From Picochlorum sp. SENEW3 (taxonomy: Eukaryota), in contig CP120459.1 in NCBI GenBank assembly GCA_034226945.1, positions 930,001-994,000 of the forward strand: 64,000 nucleotides of DNA, written 5' to 3'. Position numbers and translations under genes: made by a program. The notes below the pieces were generated by a model. That model was not told the origin of the DNA, did not search any database, and saw only the letters and a program-made list of their open reading frames with translations. Each line of letters opens with the position of its first letter. Positions within the stretch are counted from its first letter, which is position 1. Positions 13,037 to 24,714 of the stretch are shown here, piece after piece.

Positions 13037-14206
13037 TCACACGGAGAAACATGATGTGCTAGGAGACCATATATGAAGCAGATTGTCGTAGAAGGAGCAG
13101 GTGGCCACCAAGCTCCTGCTGTGGTCCTGTCCAGGTTGTCTGTGGGACCATGATGCCCCGTATGCAAGGGTTTGCTGGTGAGGATAGTGCTCACATTCCT
13201 CCATGGTCCACGCATCTTCGCCTTGCGAAGCTATTCTATACACGAGAAATCCATTGTACATGCATGCGGTGAGAAGAAGCCGGGGGTCTTTTGGATGAGG
13301 TTTGAGCCTCCACACCCCCCCTCCTGTTCTGTGCTCAAGAGTGCAGACGGGTCTCGAGGAATTCCTCCAGTCCCATATTCGAATGCATTCATCGTATGAT
13401 CCTGTGAGAATTATATTAGGGTCTGATTCCATCTCTGAAATGCAGCAAACACCGGCTTGGTGTGTCTTCTTATCAAGAAAAAGTCTCCCTGGAGACTCTG
13501 GGATGCGTACATCCCAGGCCTGAAACAGCGCATCGTCTCCACCACTGTACACAATCCTTCCTTTTTTATCCTCCACACGAGACCATACAGATACCCAAGC
13601 CTCCAGAGAATGGGCTTTCCAATCGTTGAGAGGGTGAACACCATTGTTTGAATATTGAAACACCCTCACTCCTCCATCAGAGAATGAAGATGTGCATAGC
13701 AAGGACCCGTCCTGGTCACGAATAGTATCAATCGTCAATGCCATTGAATCACATGTACATACTTCTACCTCTTCGTGTCCAGAAACTGGGTCTAATAACC
13801 TCACAGAGCCATCAGCTAGCGCCATGGCCACAACAGTCTGAGACCCTCCCAGCTCACCAGGCACCCACTGGAGGTCGAATATCCCTTGAGAAGGCAAATC
13901 GATCACATCTGATGAATTTAAACCATCTTTCTGATTGCAGTCGATGGGCTCATTCACATCATAGATGTACAATTTTCCATGCCGAACTTGATTGGTCTCA
14001 TCAAGTTGGTATGTTCCTGCTGCAAGCAGCCCTTCATACCCTGGGTTTGGATTCCAGTCAGCAACATCGGCATGTAAATCAAGTTTTATCTCGTGATATA
14101 ATGTACAGTCTTCGTTCGTTATATGCGATGCCATATGTTCCTCTGGTTGACTGACATGCAGAAGAAAGTCTGACATGCCAAGACTCGTAGCAGACAATGT
14201 GATCAA
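13037..14206 (-). CDS. DPH7: WD40 diphthine methylesterase (DPH7/WDR85)
   Basis: AGTYQL, HSLEAW, YSGGDD, TGSYDE, GGGVWRLK, CMYNGF and ATCSFYD motifs. Start codon uncertain. Confidence 0.9.
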   Translation of the reverse strand: MITLSATSLGMSDFLLHVSQPEEHMASHITNEDCTLYHEIKLDLHADVADWNPNPGYEGLLAAGTYQLDETNQVRHGKLYIYDVNEPIDCNQKDGLNSSDVIDLPSQGIFDLQWVPGELGGSQTVVAMALADGSVRLLDPVSGHEEVEVCTCDSMALTIDTIRDQDGSLLCTSSFSDGGVRVFQYSNNGVHPLNDWKAHSLEAWVSVWSRVEDKKGRIVYSGGDDALFQAWDVRIPESPGRLFLDKKTHQAGVCCISEMESDPNIILTGSYDECIRIWDWRNSSRPVCTLEHRTGGGVWRLKPHPKDPRLLLTACMYNGFLVYRIASQGEDAWTMEECEHYPHQQTLAYGASWSHRQPGQDHSRSLVATCSFYDNLLHIWSPSTSCFSV

Positions 14207-14679
14207 TGCATCAATCTATGCATTTCGATGGATTTATATTATATATCAATGAGTAATTAATGGGGTAGATCGCGTGTATCATCTGTGTGCGCAGCATACT
14301 CTGGTACATTCTTGTGGAATGCCTTGCAAGGCTCAATTGAGGATTCAAAAACCTCACCTCGAACTTTTGATGGGTGAATTACCATCATGCCATGTGTGAA
14401 TGCAACAAAAAAACTCCTCTCTTTGTCTGTGTATCAGCATTGGTAGAGAATACGTGCGACGAAAGGCAATGATGCCTGTTGAACCCCTGCAGCATGGATG
14501 AGTTTCTGTTGCTGGATAGCATTGTTCCAGGATGACAGTCCATGGCGGCAGGCTCTGAAGAATACCCGATGGGGTTCAATCCCGACAATAAGGGTATTAA
14601 TTCACCATAATACTACAGGATTGGTGCGATACGAGTTGCTTCGTGGTACATTGGGCTCTATCGTCGTCAGTCTCACGCA

Positions 14680-15312
14680 ATGCACGCTGCGTGCTCAAGA
14701 GGTGGTATCGTAAGACCACTCACTGCAGTGCCTTCTCGGCCGTCTATACATAGTGCTTATAGAGGATGTTCAATTCGCAATAGGAACGGGACAATGTGCA
14801 GGGCCTCTGGTGGCATGGGTGATTTTTTCAACAGGAAGAATAATGACCAGGAGGCAGCACAAAAGGCACTTCAGGATGCATTCAAAGACAAAAAGGATCC
14901 ATGGGCGCTCGACGAGGAACGAGCTAGAAAGCGAGGTGGTGGTGGTAATGGAGGAGGTGGTGGAGGTGGAGGTGGAGGAGGAGGTGGAGGATTTAGCTTT
15001 GATGCATGGGGTGACGGGTTTATGCGATGGCTGAAAGGTACATTCAAGGCTCTTGCTGCCGCCTTGTGCTTTTTCGGATTCATCATTGCATTTACATTTT
15101 GGGAGCCTTTGTTGCAATTAGCGACGTCGATTGTTCGAATTATTCTTCGATTAGATGCTAGAAAAGAACAGGTTGCCTCAACTCCTGCAGCTACTCCAGA
15201 TTTGGCAAGCCAGGAGGAGCTGGGCAACGTGGAAGAAGCAGTCATCAATCAATGGGCAGGACAAGAGCATCCAGATGTGGGTATTTCGGAAGACGAAGAC
15301 AATGATGAATGA
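14680..15312 (+). CDS. Unknown Gly-rich membrane protein, probably plastid-targeted
   Basis: Transit-peptide-like N-terminus ending in CRAS, a poly-Gly tract, one hydrophobic segment and an acidic tail. Confidence 0.7.
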   Translation: MHAACSRGGIVRPLTAVPSRPSIHSAYRGCSIRNRNGTMCRASGGMGDFFNRKNNDQEAAQKALQDAFKDKKDPWALDEERARKRGGGGNGGGGGGGGGGGGGGFSFDAWGDGFMRWLKGTFKALAAALCFFGFIIAFTFWEPLLQLATSIVRIILRLDARKEQVASTPAATPDLASQEELGNVEEAVINQWAGQEHPDVGISEDEDNDE

Positions 15313-15337
15313 TATAGTGTTGTAAGTGACAATGAAT

Positions 15338-16069
15338 TTACACAAGTTTCACCATCTTTCCATCAATACTAAATGCACTACTTTTGCCCAGTTTCTTCTC
15401 CACTTTCTTCTCAGTGCACCCATGTTTTTCTAAAAATGATTCTAAAGATTTCAACAGCTTTTTCTTCTTCATCTCACCACCGTGCTTTTTCAACGCCTCT
15501 GTCACAGTTGTCTTGAGTTGAGAGGAGAAGGATGTTTTTTTCTTCTCCTTATTCTTCTTGCTGCTGCTCTTCGTATCCTTTTCAGATGATTTTGTTCTTT
15601 CCTTGGCATCTTCCTTCTTCGTCGGCTCATCCCCCACATGTCCGTTTGTAGCAGGCACAGCAGATTGTGACTCCTTCAGCCGAGCCTTCACCCGCCGCAC
15701 ATGCTTTGCCCCTGTCGCATGACCCTCCAACGTCTGCCGACTCGTACACGTCACATTACAAACCTGACACACCCATGGAGCACTCGTACTCAAAAATTCC
15801 GCCCCCACAACATCTTTACTCGCCTCCCCATTCCCAGCACGACCACCATCATAATACCCCTTCTCTGCAAAACCACCCGGCTTCGTTGCTCCTTTCGCAT
15901 ACTTATCATGCTCCGTCACACACTGCGTATGTCTATGCACAGAAGAACAATCAAACTGCCTCGAGCAATCGATGCACGTGAACGACGATGTGTAACACTG
16001 CTGCAAGTGGCCAGCCACTTTGGGCTTCTTTATACTATCCCCACATGCATCACAGTAAAACCAGGGCAT
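15338..16069 (-). CDS. LYAR: LYAR-type zinc-finger nucleolar protein
   Basis: MPWFYCDACGDSIKKPKV..H, CIDC..HTQCVTE, a further C2H2 finger and a Lys-rich tail. Confidence 0.88.
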   Translation of the reverse strand: MPWFYCDACGDSIKKPKVAGHLQQCYTSSFTCIDCSRQFDCSSVHRHTQCVTEHDKYAKGATKPGGFAEKGYYDGGRAGNGEASKDVVGAEFLSTSAPWVCQVCNVTCTSRQTLEGHATGAKHVRRVKARLKESQSAVPATNGHVGDEPTKKEDAKERTKSSEKDTKSSSKKNKEKKKTSFSSQLKTTVTEALKKHGGEMKKKKLLKSLESFLEKHGCTEKKVEKKLGKSSAFSIDGKMVKLV

Positions 16070-16657
16070 GATTTATAGATGTACTACTATATCTAAGTAA
16101 TGTTATTATTAAACTAGAAGAAATGTACGTATTCAGGAATGTGTGTTTCCTTCAATGGAAACAAAGACATGCCACACATGCAGATGTGAGTCTCTTGTGC
16201 CAACCACTTCTGACTCCCCAAGAGTCCCACACAGGTATACATATATAATTTGGGTCATACAAATAAGAGATCGATATCAATGAGTCGCAAGAATCGCCAT
16301 CTGATAGCCTTTGTCACAGTCTACCATCAAGTACCCATAGGAGGCCATGTTCGACCGAATACTCTGTATTCATCATGCTGTGGCATACTTGGACCAAGTA
16401 CCATGGGACAGGATCGAGCAACTTGATACCAAATACGTTATATGTATCTATAGATCAGTATATAAACTATTGGGTTTGTTTCGAATCCATTTATTTGGAC
16501 CATACGAGGAACGAGAAGAATAGTCAGATCACGAAGAAGATTCCAGAGTACCACTGTCCTGTTTTCAATCCTTCGATTCTTTCCTATCAGACGCAGAGAA
16601 TCGTAACTATTATATATACATATTCATACGAGATACTGTACTACGAGTGAGAACACC

Positions 16658-17230
16658 ATGTCGACAACAACAGTCCGTCACCCAAACGTTTTATGGGCCC
16701 AGCGTTCTGGTCTCTTGTACCTCACCATTGACGTACAAGACTGCAAAGATCCAGAGGTGCATGTGACCAATGATTCTGAGAAGAAGAGTGGGCGTGTGGT
16801 GTTTAAAGGCAAGGCTCATTCCCATGCTACTGGCCCAGAGGAGCATGAGTATGAACTGGATTTGGAATTGTTCGATGAGATCAACCCTGGTGATGTGAAG
16901 CAGCATTCAACTGATAGAACAATCAGTTTATTTATTGGTAAGAAGGAGGAAGGTCCGTTCTGGCCGCGATTGCTCAAGGCAAGTGGCAAAGCGCCACTGT
17001 ATGTCAAGGCTGATTGGGACAAGTGGGTGGATGAGGATGAAGAGGAGGAGGCCTCCGACCTCATGTCTGGCTTTGACATGTCTGCCCTTCAAAACCTAGG
17101 AGGTGGAGGAGCAGGAGCAGGAGGCTTTGACCTGAGCCAGCTCGGAGACATGGCTGGCAAGATTGAGGGAGAAGATGATGACAGTGAGGAGGAGGAGGCC
17201 AATGATGAGCCACCTCCTTTGCAAAAGTAG
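16658..17230 (+). CDS. HSP90 co-chaperone p23 (SBA1/PTGES3)
   Basis: HPNVLWAQR, WPRLLK and DWDKWVDEDE motifs. Confidence 0.95.
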   Translation: MSTTTVRHPNVLWAQRSGLLYLTIDVQDCKDPEVHVTNDSEKKSGRVVFKGKAHSHATGPEEHEYELDLELFDEINPGDVKQHSTDRTISLFIGKKEEGPFWPRLLKASGKAPLYVKADWDKWVDEDEEEEASDLMSGFDMSALQNLGGGGAGAGGFDLSQLGDMAGKIEGEDDDSEEEEANDEPPPLQK

Positions 17231-17246
17231 TAGTCATGTAACACAT

Positions 17247-18176
17247 TTACACGAGTCGTTTTGTACCAAACACAGCACCTGTGCGCCTTTTGGCTTTCTC
17301 TAATACATCCATTGCCTCTTCCTCGGAGATATGCAACCCCTTGAACACACCTTGCCTCTCTACACTCTCTATAATACCAGTCACAAAACCCTCCCTATCC
17401 GCTGAAATATCACATACACGCGTCACGAACTCCCCATGAGAGCGGTTCGATCGATACTGAGGAGCTTTAGGAGGCGTCTTGAGCAATCCCATCAGCTCGT
17501 CCCGGTAATCAAACAGAAAGGAGGTGTGATGTAACCATCTCCCACCAGAAATAGCCTGTGCATTCCCACCAATCTTTCGATCTCCAATCACAAAATCTGC
17601 GCCCCATTATATATAGGTATGCATGTTGACGTCATGGCATCATCATCATCATAGATATATGTATCATCGATGCAACGCACCATTCTCTCGCAGAGCAAAA
17701 TCCCCATAGGCCGACATGTGCCCCGACAGAAACCCAGCACACCACTCCATAATCTGCCGAGGAAACCTCTCCACTCCAGGCAAATCCCTCTCTCCATGCA
17801 CAATAATACTCATCATCACCGTATCTTTATCGACAACAACAGTCCCCCCTCCAGTGAACCTCTTAATCAAAGGAACACCCATCCGAGTCGCATCATCCAC
17901 ATGGGCCATAACCTCTGGCTTGCCTGAAATCCCCAGCACAATACTTGGCACAGCCACCCCATCATTCACCACCAACCAGTTCGATCCAGTCGTACGAAAC
18001 AACGCTTCTTCTAAATGCAACTGTGTCTCCACATCATGCCCTCGCATACGAACGATATTCATCGTCGGAGCCAGTGACCTGGCCGTACCATACTGTCGAG
18101 ACACACCCTCGAAGAACAACTTCGTCTGTGCCACGATGCATGCATACACTGAAGATGATGAGGAAAAACCTCGCAT
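17247..18176 (-). CDS. Lipoate-protein ligase A-like protein
   Basis: RFTGGGTV, KIGGNAQ, HHTSFL and YR..RSH motifs. Intron 17597..17680. Confidence 0.88.
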
Positions 18177-18566
18177 TACATACTCTGGGTTGTTTTTTTA
18201 AAAGGCCAAGAAGGAGCGCGTTTTCTGTATCAAAAAGGGCAGATGCATGCATTGCGCCCATCTGGGCTGCTGCCATTGGCAATGACAAAGTCGACTGGCT
18301 GCCGGTTGCTTCTCCCTCTCTCAAAATTCCAAAAACAGTATTCAAATTCGAAAGTGCTATTATTGCACTTTTTTGTTGTGAAAAACAACACCGTATTGTT
18401 CTTGTGCAAAAAAACCGGGGAGGTCGGATTTTCTTTGACAAATTGAAGGGAATCGTTCCACGCAAAGGTCGGTCTACACGTTTGTATCCTCGTAAAAAAG
18501 AGTTTCAATAGAGCATTTGCTTTTTGAAACAATCAAAAAAAACAACAACAGTAACACAGAGCAGTC

Positions 18567-20521
18567 ATGTCAGCACCAGCGGCGCCAAGCGTGAAGCCAG
18601 AGTCCGAACAGCCGGCGGCAGGCCAGCCAGCTGCCAAGCAGGACGGAAATCAGCCCAATTCTTCCTTGTATGTTGGAGATTTGGACAGGGATGTGATTGA
18701 GTCTCAGCTTTTCGAAGCATTCTCAGCGGTACGTGTGCGAGTGCTGGTGTGCGAGTTGATCACCAGGGGTGTCTTTCTTATTGTTCGGTCAGAGTCAAGG
18801 TTTGATGGGATGACAATGTCATGATGTGTGTGCAGATTGGACCAGTTGCGTCTATTCGTGTGTGCAGAGATGCTGTGACTCGTCGTTCTCTTGGATATGC
18901 ATACGTGAACTTCAACGCTACGTTGGACCCAACTGCTGCTGAGAGAGCGTTGGAAGCATTGAACTATTCACCACTGAATGGAAGACCAATGCGCATCATG
19001 TGGTCTCACAGAGATCCAGCGCAGAGAAAGTCTGGTGTGGGTAATATTTTCATCAAGAATCTGGACAAGAGCATTGATAACAAAGCACTCCATGATACCT
19101 TTTCTGCTTTTGGAGATATCCTGTCCTGCAAGGTGGCCCTGGATGCTGCTGGAGAGTCAAAGGGGTATGGATTTGTTCATTATGCAAGTGAAGAGAGTGC
19201 AAAATTGGCCATTGAAAAAGTGGATGGAATGATGATTGAAGGAAAGAAGGTGTATGTGGGACCATTCCTTCGCAGATCTGAAAGAGCCACGGATACAGAG
19301 GTGAAGTTTACCAATGTATACGTGAAGAATCTTCCTGAAGAGATTGATGACGACAAGTTGACAGCAATGTTCAAGGAGTTTGGAACCGTCTCGTCAGCTG
19401 TTGTGATGAAGGATAATGAAGGCAAATCGAAAGGATTTGGATTTGTTAACATGGAAGATGCCGATCAGGCTGCCAAGGCTGTGGAGGAGCTGAATGGCAA
19501 GGAGGTTGATGGTAAGGAAATTTATGTTGGGAGGGCCCAGAAGAAGGCTGAGAGAGAAGCAATGCTTCGTCAGAAGTTTGAAGAGCTCAGAGTTGAGCGT
19601 ATTCAAAAGTATGCTGGACTCAACTTGTATGTCAAAAATCTCGATGATGAGGTTGATGATGAGACTCTCAGATCTGAGTTTGCTCACTGTGGTACAATTA
19701 CCAGTGCCAAGGTGATGATGGATGCATCCAGTGGCAAGAGCCGTGGATTTGGATTTGTCTGCTTCTCTGCCCCAGAGGAGGCCACCAAGGCTGTGACTGA
19801 GATGAATGGACGTATGATCAAGGGAAAGCCAATCTATGTTGCTCTTGCTCAGCGCCGTGATGTGAGAAAAGCTCAGTTGGAGCAGCAGTATCAGCAGCGA
19901 ATGGCCATGCCAGGACCAAGAGGGCCAATGGGGCCAGGCATGTTCCCACCAGGAGGTGCTCCACCAATGATGTACCCTGGAGGACCAATGGGACCAGGGC
20001 GTGGTCCAATGATGGCCCCATACATGATGGGACCAGGACGTGGCATGCCAGCAGGGCGACCAATGCCAGGGCGTGGAGCCAATATGATGGGACCAGGTGG
20101 ACCAATGATGGGTCCAGGTGGAAGAGGTCCAGGACGTGGTGGAAGGGGACCAGGAGGACGTGGTCGTGGCGGAGAGGGATACCCCAAGGGTGGCCGCGGC
20201 CGTGGCCAGAAGCCAACCCCCGCCCCAGCTGCCCCAGCCCCACCTCCTACATCTGAGGGCCTGACTGCAGCTGCTCTTGCATCTGCTCCTCCAGAGCAGC
20301 AGAAGCAGCTTTTGGGAGAGAGTCTGTTCCCACAAATTTCCGAATTACAGCCAGATTTGGCCGGAAAGATTACCGGAATGTTGCTGGAGATGGACAACTC
20401 TGAGTTGCTCTTATTGATGGAGACACCAGAGGCCCTCGAGGCCAAGGTTGATGAAGCCGTCGAGGTCTTGAAGCAACATAATGCCATTCCAGAGGGCGCC
20501 GTCGTCAGAACAAAGAACTAA
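18567..20521 (+). CDS. PAB1: Cytoplasmic poly(A)-binding protein (4 RRMs plus MLLE domain)
   Basis: [18 protein letters not shown], four RRMs and [12 protein letters not shown]. Intron 18729..18835. Confidence 0.97.
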
Positions 20522-20672
20522 ATGCCGGTTCCCTCTGACACACATTACAATTTTTTTATGTACATGCACGTCAATTGTAAGTACGTTTGCTGTTTCATCA
20601 TTTGAAATATGGTTGAACATTCGTTCTTACATTAATAGCCATAAATATGATCAAGCATGCAATATGTGTATT

Positions 20673-23004
20673 TTATGAGGAATCGTGATGCGATTCTGTC
20701 TCAGAATCTGACCCAGATTCCTCTGTGCCATATTCATCACTGTCCCACTCGTCACTCTCATCATCAGAATCTTCCTCATCTGCATCTTCATCTGGTGCGA
20801 TTTCTTCGGTATCTGAAGTTCCTTGTTCTTCTTTTTTCTGCTCTGCAATCATATCCTCGCTCTCCTCTGACCTAACTATCTTTTTCTTGTCTGTTGTTCT
20901 TGGTGCACGACCTTCCTTTTGTGCCCGTGTTGGTTCGACTGCAGTCAGAGGCAACGCGATCGCATAATCTGCACCAATCCAAGAGTCGCACATTGCGATA
21001 ATGGTAATATTGTGCTTTCCTGGCGCAGGGGCCAGGAACTGCAAGCGAACTGTCTGACCAAGCTCATTCACAGTCCTGACAATATCCTCTGGCTTTCCTG
21101 CCTTGGTGATTGAATCTCGATTCAAAGCACCATTCCTTTCTGCTTCCACCAATGAAACCCTTTGATGCGCAAGAATAGAATTATCTTTTCCATTGACAGC
21201 CATGAAGATCCAGAATTCGTCTTTTGGGAATGGGTAATTTGGAGCATATGCCCTCACCGTCTTACCTCTGATAGATTCGGCATCAAACGATTCATCTCCA
21301 TGAGCTCTCCTTGACAAAAACACTTTTAACTCGATTGTGACAATATCCTTCATGCTTAAAAATCCTGAAGATTCGATCTCCTCCTCGTCATCAACAAAGC
21401 ACCTGCCAGACATGGTCAGAGCTGGGAATGAGTAGATTGCCAGCTTAATATCAGCAATTTGCTTCTTATTCAATCCAATATTGGCCAGCTCGGACACAAT
21501 AGTGTCATCATCCATCTTGAAAAAGTCCGTCATGCTCGTAATCTTTCTTTTCATCAATTGCTTCAGACACATCTCATGAGTGATATGGGGCAACTGTAAG
21601 ATGGAAGGTGGACCTTGTGAAGACTTTCCTGGTGCGGGGAAATGCTTCTTCGCTTCCGTAGGAACAGCCCTCACCATACATTGCATGAATTCAACTGCAC
21701 CAATCGATGGAGATGCCCATCCATAATTTGGCTTGATTCGAGGGACAGATGATGCCAAGGTGAAGAATTCTTGAATCAGACGAGGCATCTTCTTCATCAC
21801 GAAATCAAAGTCCTTCTTCAGTACCTTTGGAATAGACTGTCTACATAAATGCCCATAGATCAAAAGCTGTGCAATAACAGTTCCTGGAGGTCTCTTTTTA
21901 TAAAATGTACTCTTCTCCACATCACCCACTTCTGGATAGTATGGAAACACTTCTGGCCTGAGCTCATTCATGAGCGCATTGCCTTCCTGGCTGCCCAACT
22001 TTCCATTCGGGCACAAATTAATGAATTCCAAAGCAAGACACAACGTCTCTGCAATCTTTCCGACGCCTTGAAGCTGTTTGATATTTGAAGGTCCAAACAT
22101 GTACAGCTGTTGTGTCTCTGGCATGACCTCATCAAATCCCACATTCTTCTTAGACCTCTTCATGTACCATGCAGCCATACCAAGAGGAAACACAATACCT
22201 CCAAACAATAATGTCAGCAGAATCGCAGGAGCCGCTTCCTTGTCTTTATTAAAGAACCATTCAGGAAGAGCAACTGAAATACTCACAGCCTGTCGGCCGT
22301 CAGGGTGCCCATACTTTATGAAATTCTCCTTGGCAGCTTCATCCGTCAACGCCTTGTACGCCTTTGTCACTTTTTCAGCAAAATAATTCGCAGCTTCAGG
22401 ATCGGGGTTCTTATCTGGATGGTACACCAATGAAAGCTTTCTGTACGCCCTCTTGATCTCAGCATCTGTTGCTGTCTGAGGAATCTGTAAAATCTCAAAC
22501 GGATCAAATCTATCCATTGTCACATTGGATGTCTTCACATACCAAATGAGCAGCACATAGATGGTCCACACGATCAAAAGCTTCCACGACCCCAATTTCC
22601 GTAGCCGCGACTGAAACGAACTCTTCTTGGAAGACGTCTTTGCCTTGGCCCCCTTTTTCAACTTCCAAGTCTCAACACCCTGTCACCATCACACCACATA
22701 TGACATTAAATTTTCATAAAATTACGAAAGATACAATTCTAACAACTCAAACACATCGTCAGCCCGACCAAAACCAAAAGTTGCTCGCCGTAACGACCAA
22801 GTCAATCAAACTTGAAACGCTCCCACCAAAACACACATAATCACCGTATGACCCATGCATTCAACCAATATATCGTACTTTTTCATCCTCATCCTCTCCA
22901 CTGAAGAGCAAATGGCCTGTATAGGGTAGTAAGAAGAGCGACAAGATGCTCACTAAAAACACGGCAAACAACTGCGTGGAGCCTGTCGTCTCCTGATCCT
23001 CCAT
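20673..23004 (-). CDS. SEC63: SEC63/ERdj2 translocon J-domain protein
   Basis: J domain (HPDKNP), YGHPDG, ALPEW, CDSWIGAD and an acidic tail. Exon 1 (23004..22879) encodes MEDQETTGSTQLFAVFLVSILSLFLLPYT. Intron 22680..22878. Confidence 0.93.
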
Positions 23005-23398
23005 CTCAATTATTCGATGTAACTAATACCGCACGATTCTTAATGAATAGTCGTGTGAGAGAGACAGCGCTGTGCCTGCAGTCCATATGGTCAATGGTCA
23101 GGATTCCTGGAGTTTTCTTAAATACAACAATAGATAATTTTTGATTTTGATTCCATACCATCGCATTCCGCATGAATGTGTAATCAGAGTAGTACTATGT
23201 GATGTAAAATTCATATATTCTTACGATTTACTGAATGGATAGACCCCAGAGGGCGAATAGTTATAGAGACGTGGTTCTTTCAACAGGAGGCATTTGTTTT
23301 AAGCTTGGCGTCTAATCATTCTTCGCCCCGTGTGTCCAGAACAAATACGAACCCATTCATCATCATCATTAGCATATAGTTAACGAAGGAGTGGTAGC

Positions 23399-23743
23399 AT
23401 GGCGACCCAGGACGCTCAAGTACTTGTTCAGTCTCTTAGAGAAATCCAAATGGAGCTCCAAAAGGCACAGAGTGTTAGTCAGCAGTTCACCCAACAGCAG
23501 CATGAGAATAAAATGGTGCTGAAAGAGTTGGAAGAGGCTGGAGAGGATGCAAAGATTTTCAAAAAGATTGGCCCTGCGTTGATAGCCCAAGACTATTTGG
23601 AGGCAACAACAAATGTCAAGAAGAGGCTGGAGCTGATACAGAGTGAAGAGAAGAGGTTGCAGGAGAAGATGCAGGGATTGTCAAAGAAAGGGATGGAGAT
23701 TCAGGCAAAGCTCCAGCAACAGCAGGCAGCAGGTCAGTCATGA
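23399..23743 (+). CDS. PFDN6: Prefoldin subunit 6
   Basis: ENKMVLKEL, IFKKIGPALIAQD and NVKKRLE motifs. Confidence 0.92.
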   Translation: MATQDAQVLVQSLREIQMELQKAQSVSQQFTQQQHENKMVLKELEEAGEDAKIFKKIGPALIAQDYLEATTNVKKRLELIQSEEKRLQEKMQGLSKKGMEIQAKLQQQQAAGQS

Positions 23744-24294
23744 TATAATACAATAGACCACGTCACAGGTAGACGGATATTGACATACACAATCATAATA
23801 CTGTAACATATGGAGTGCGCTGTCTCCAAAGGTGTACAAAGTTTACACTTTTTCTGATCATTTTTTTTGTTTGTTTGTTGTTCGATACAACATATCCATG
23901 GTTCATAGAAACATCAACAACATGGTTGTGGTCATGTCAGTCAGTCGTGAAAGAGAAGGGGGGGCTACTCATGGAAGTCAATGTGAGCTGCAGTGATCCA
24001 CCAGCCATTATTTCGTCAGCTGATATCGATATCAGGTCTCTCGCCCTCCACAAAGACACGCCATCAAAGATAGATTGATTGACCAGGAGTCTCGTAATAA
24101 ACCTCGATGATGTCAACTTGATCCGAGACAGGTACATGTACAGATGTCCCTTCATTGGCAATGATTGCTTGTTGCAACATGGCAACCAAATTTCCATCAA
24201 AATACAGATGAATGACGCTATAAAAATTTCTTATATATCTCCTGAATGGAATACGAGTGATAATGTAGTACGATGAAGCAGCAGTAGCAAAAGA

Positions 24295-24690
24295 ATGCCT
24301 GAAGAAATCTCGACAGATGCTGCCCCTTTGGTCGTCCGAGACACGGCAATTTTGGACTTGGAACCGCATATGACATGTGATGGAGAGTTTATGGACGCTC
24401 TTGAAGCGAGAATGATATCTAGAAGGTATTATATGATGGGTTTCTTTGGAATACCATTCTTCTGGGGTGTGAACGCTTGGTACTTTTCATCTGACTCTCA
24501 ATCACCGTCTCAGGACCCAGTCGTCTCGAGATTGGTTTTCAAGTCTCGACTGTTATTCATTGGATCGATGCTGATCATCTTTGGATGGATGATGGTGTAT
24601 TTGATTGATGGAAAGGACCTCTTGGGTGAGGATGTGTACAATGCTCTGTCCATCAATTCATTCAAGGTGTTGCAACAAGCCGGCTTTTAA
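24295..24690 (+). CDS. PSENEN: Gamma-secretase subunit PEN-2
   Basis: SRRYYMMGFFGIPFFWGVNAWYF resembles the PEN-2 N-terminal motif, followed by a second TM segment. Confidence 0.78.
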   Translation: MPEEISTDAAPLVVRDTAILDLEPHMTCDGEFMDALEARMISRRYYMMGFFGIPFFWGVNAWYFSSDSQSPSQDPVVSRLVFKSRLLFIGSMLIIFGWMMVYLIDGKDLLGEDVYNALSINSFKVLQQAGF

Positions 24691-24714
24691 CAAACAAACA
24701 AGAATAATATAGTA

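Noticed and set aside
14572..14583. GGGTTCAATCCC tRNA T-arm-like motif
   Set aside because: No acceptor or anticodon stem can be formed.
16384..16415. TACTTG...ACAGGATC resembling the U3 snoRNA 5' boxes
   Set aside because: Wrong spacing and no B/C/D boxes.
19394..20487. Long antisense ORFs over PABP, and similar ones over CSP41a, L3 and the duplicated genes
   Set aside because: Shadow ORFs arising from codon bias of the real genes.
23815..24276. Two in-frame ORFs separated by a single TGA (possible selenoprotein)
   Set aside because: No selenoprotein motif, homology or SECIS recognised.
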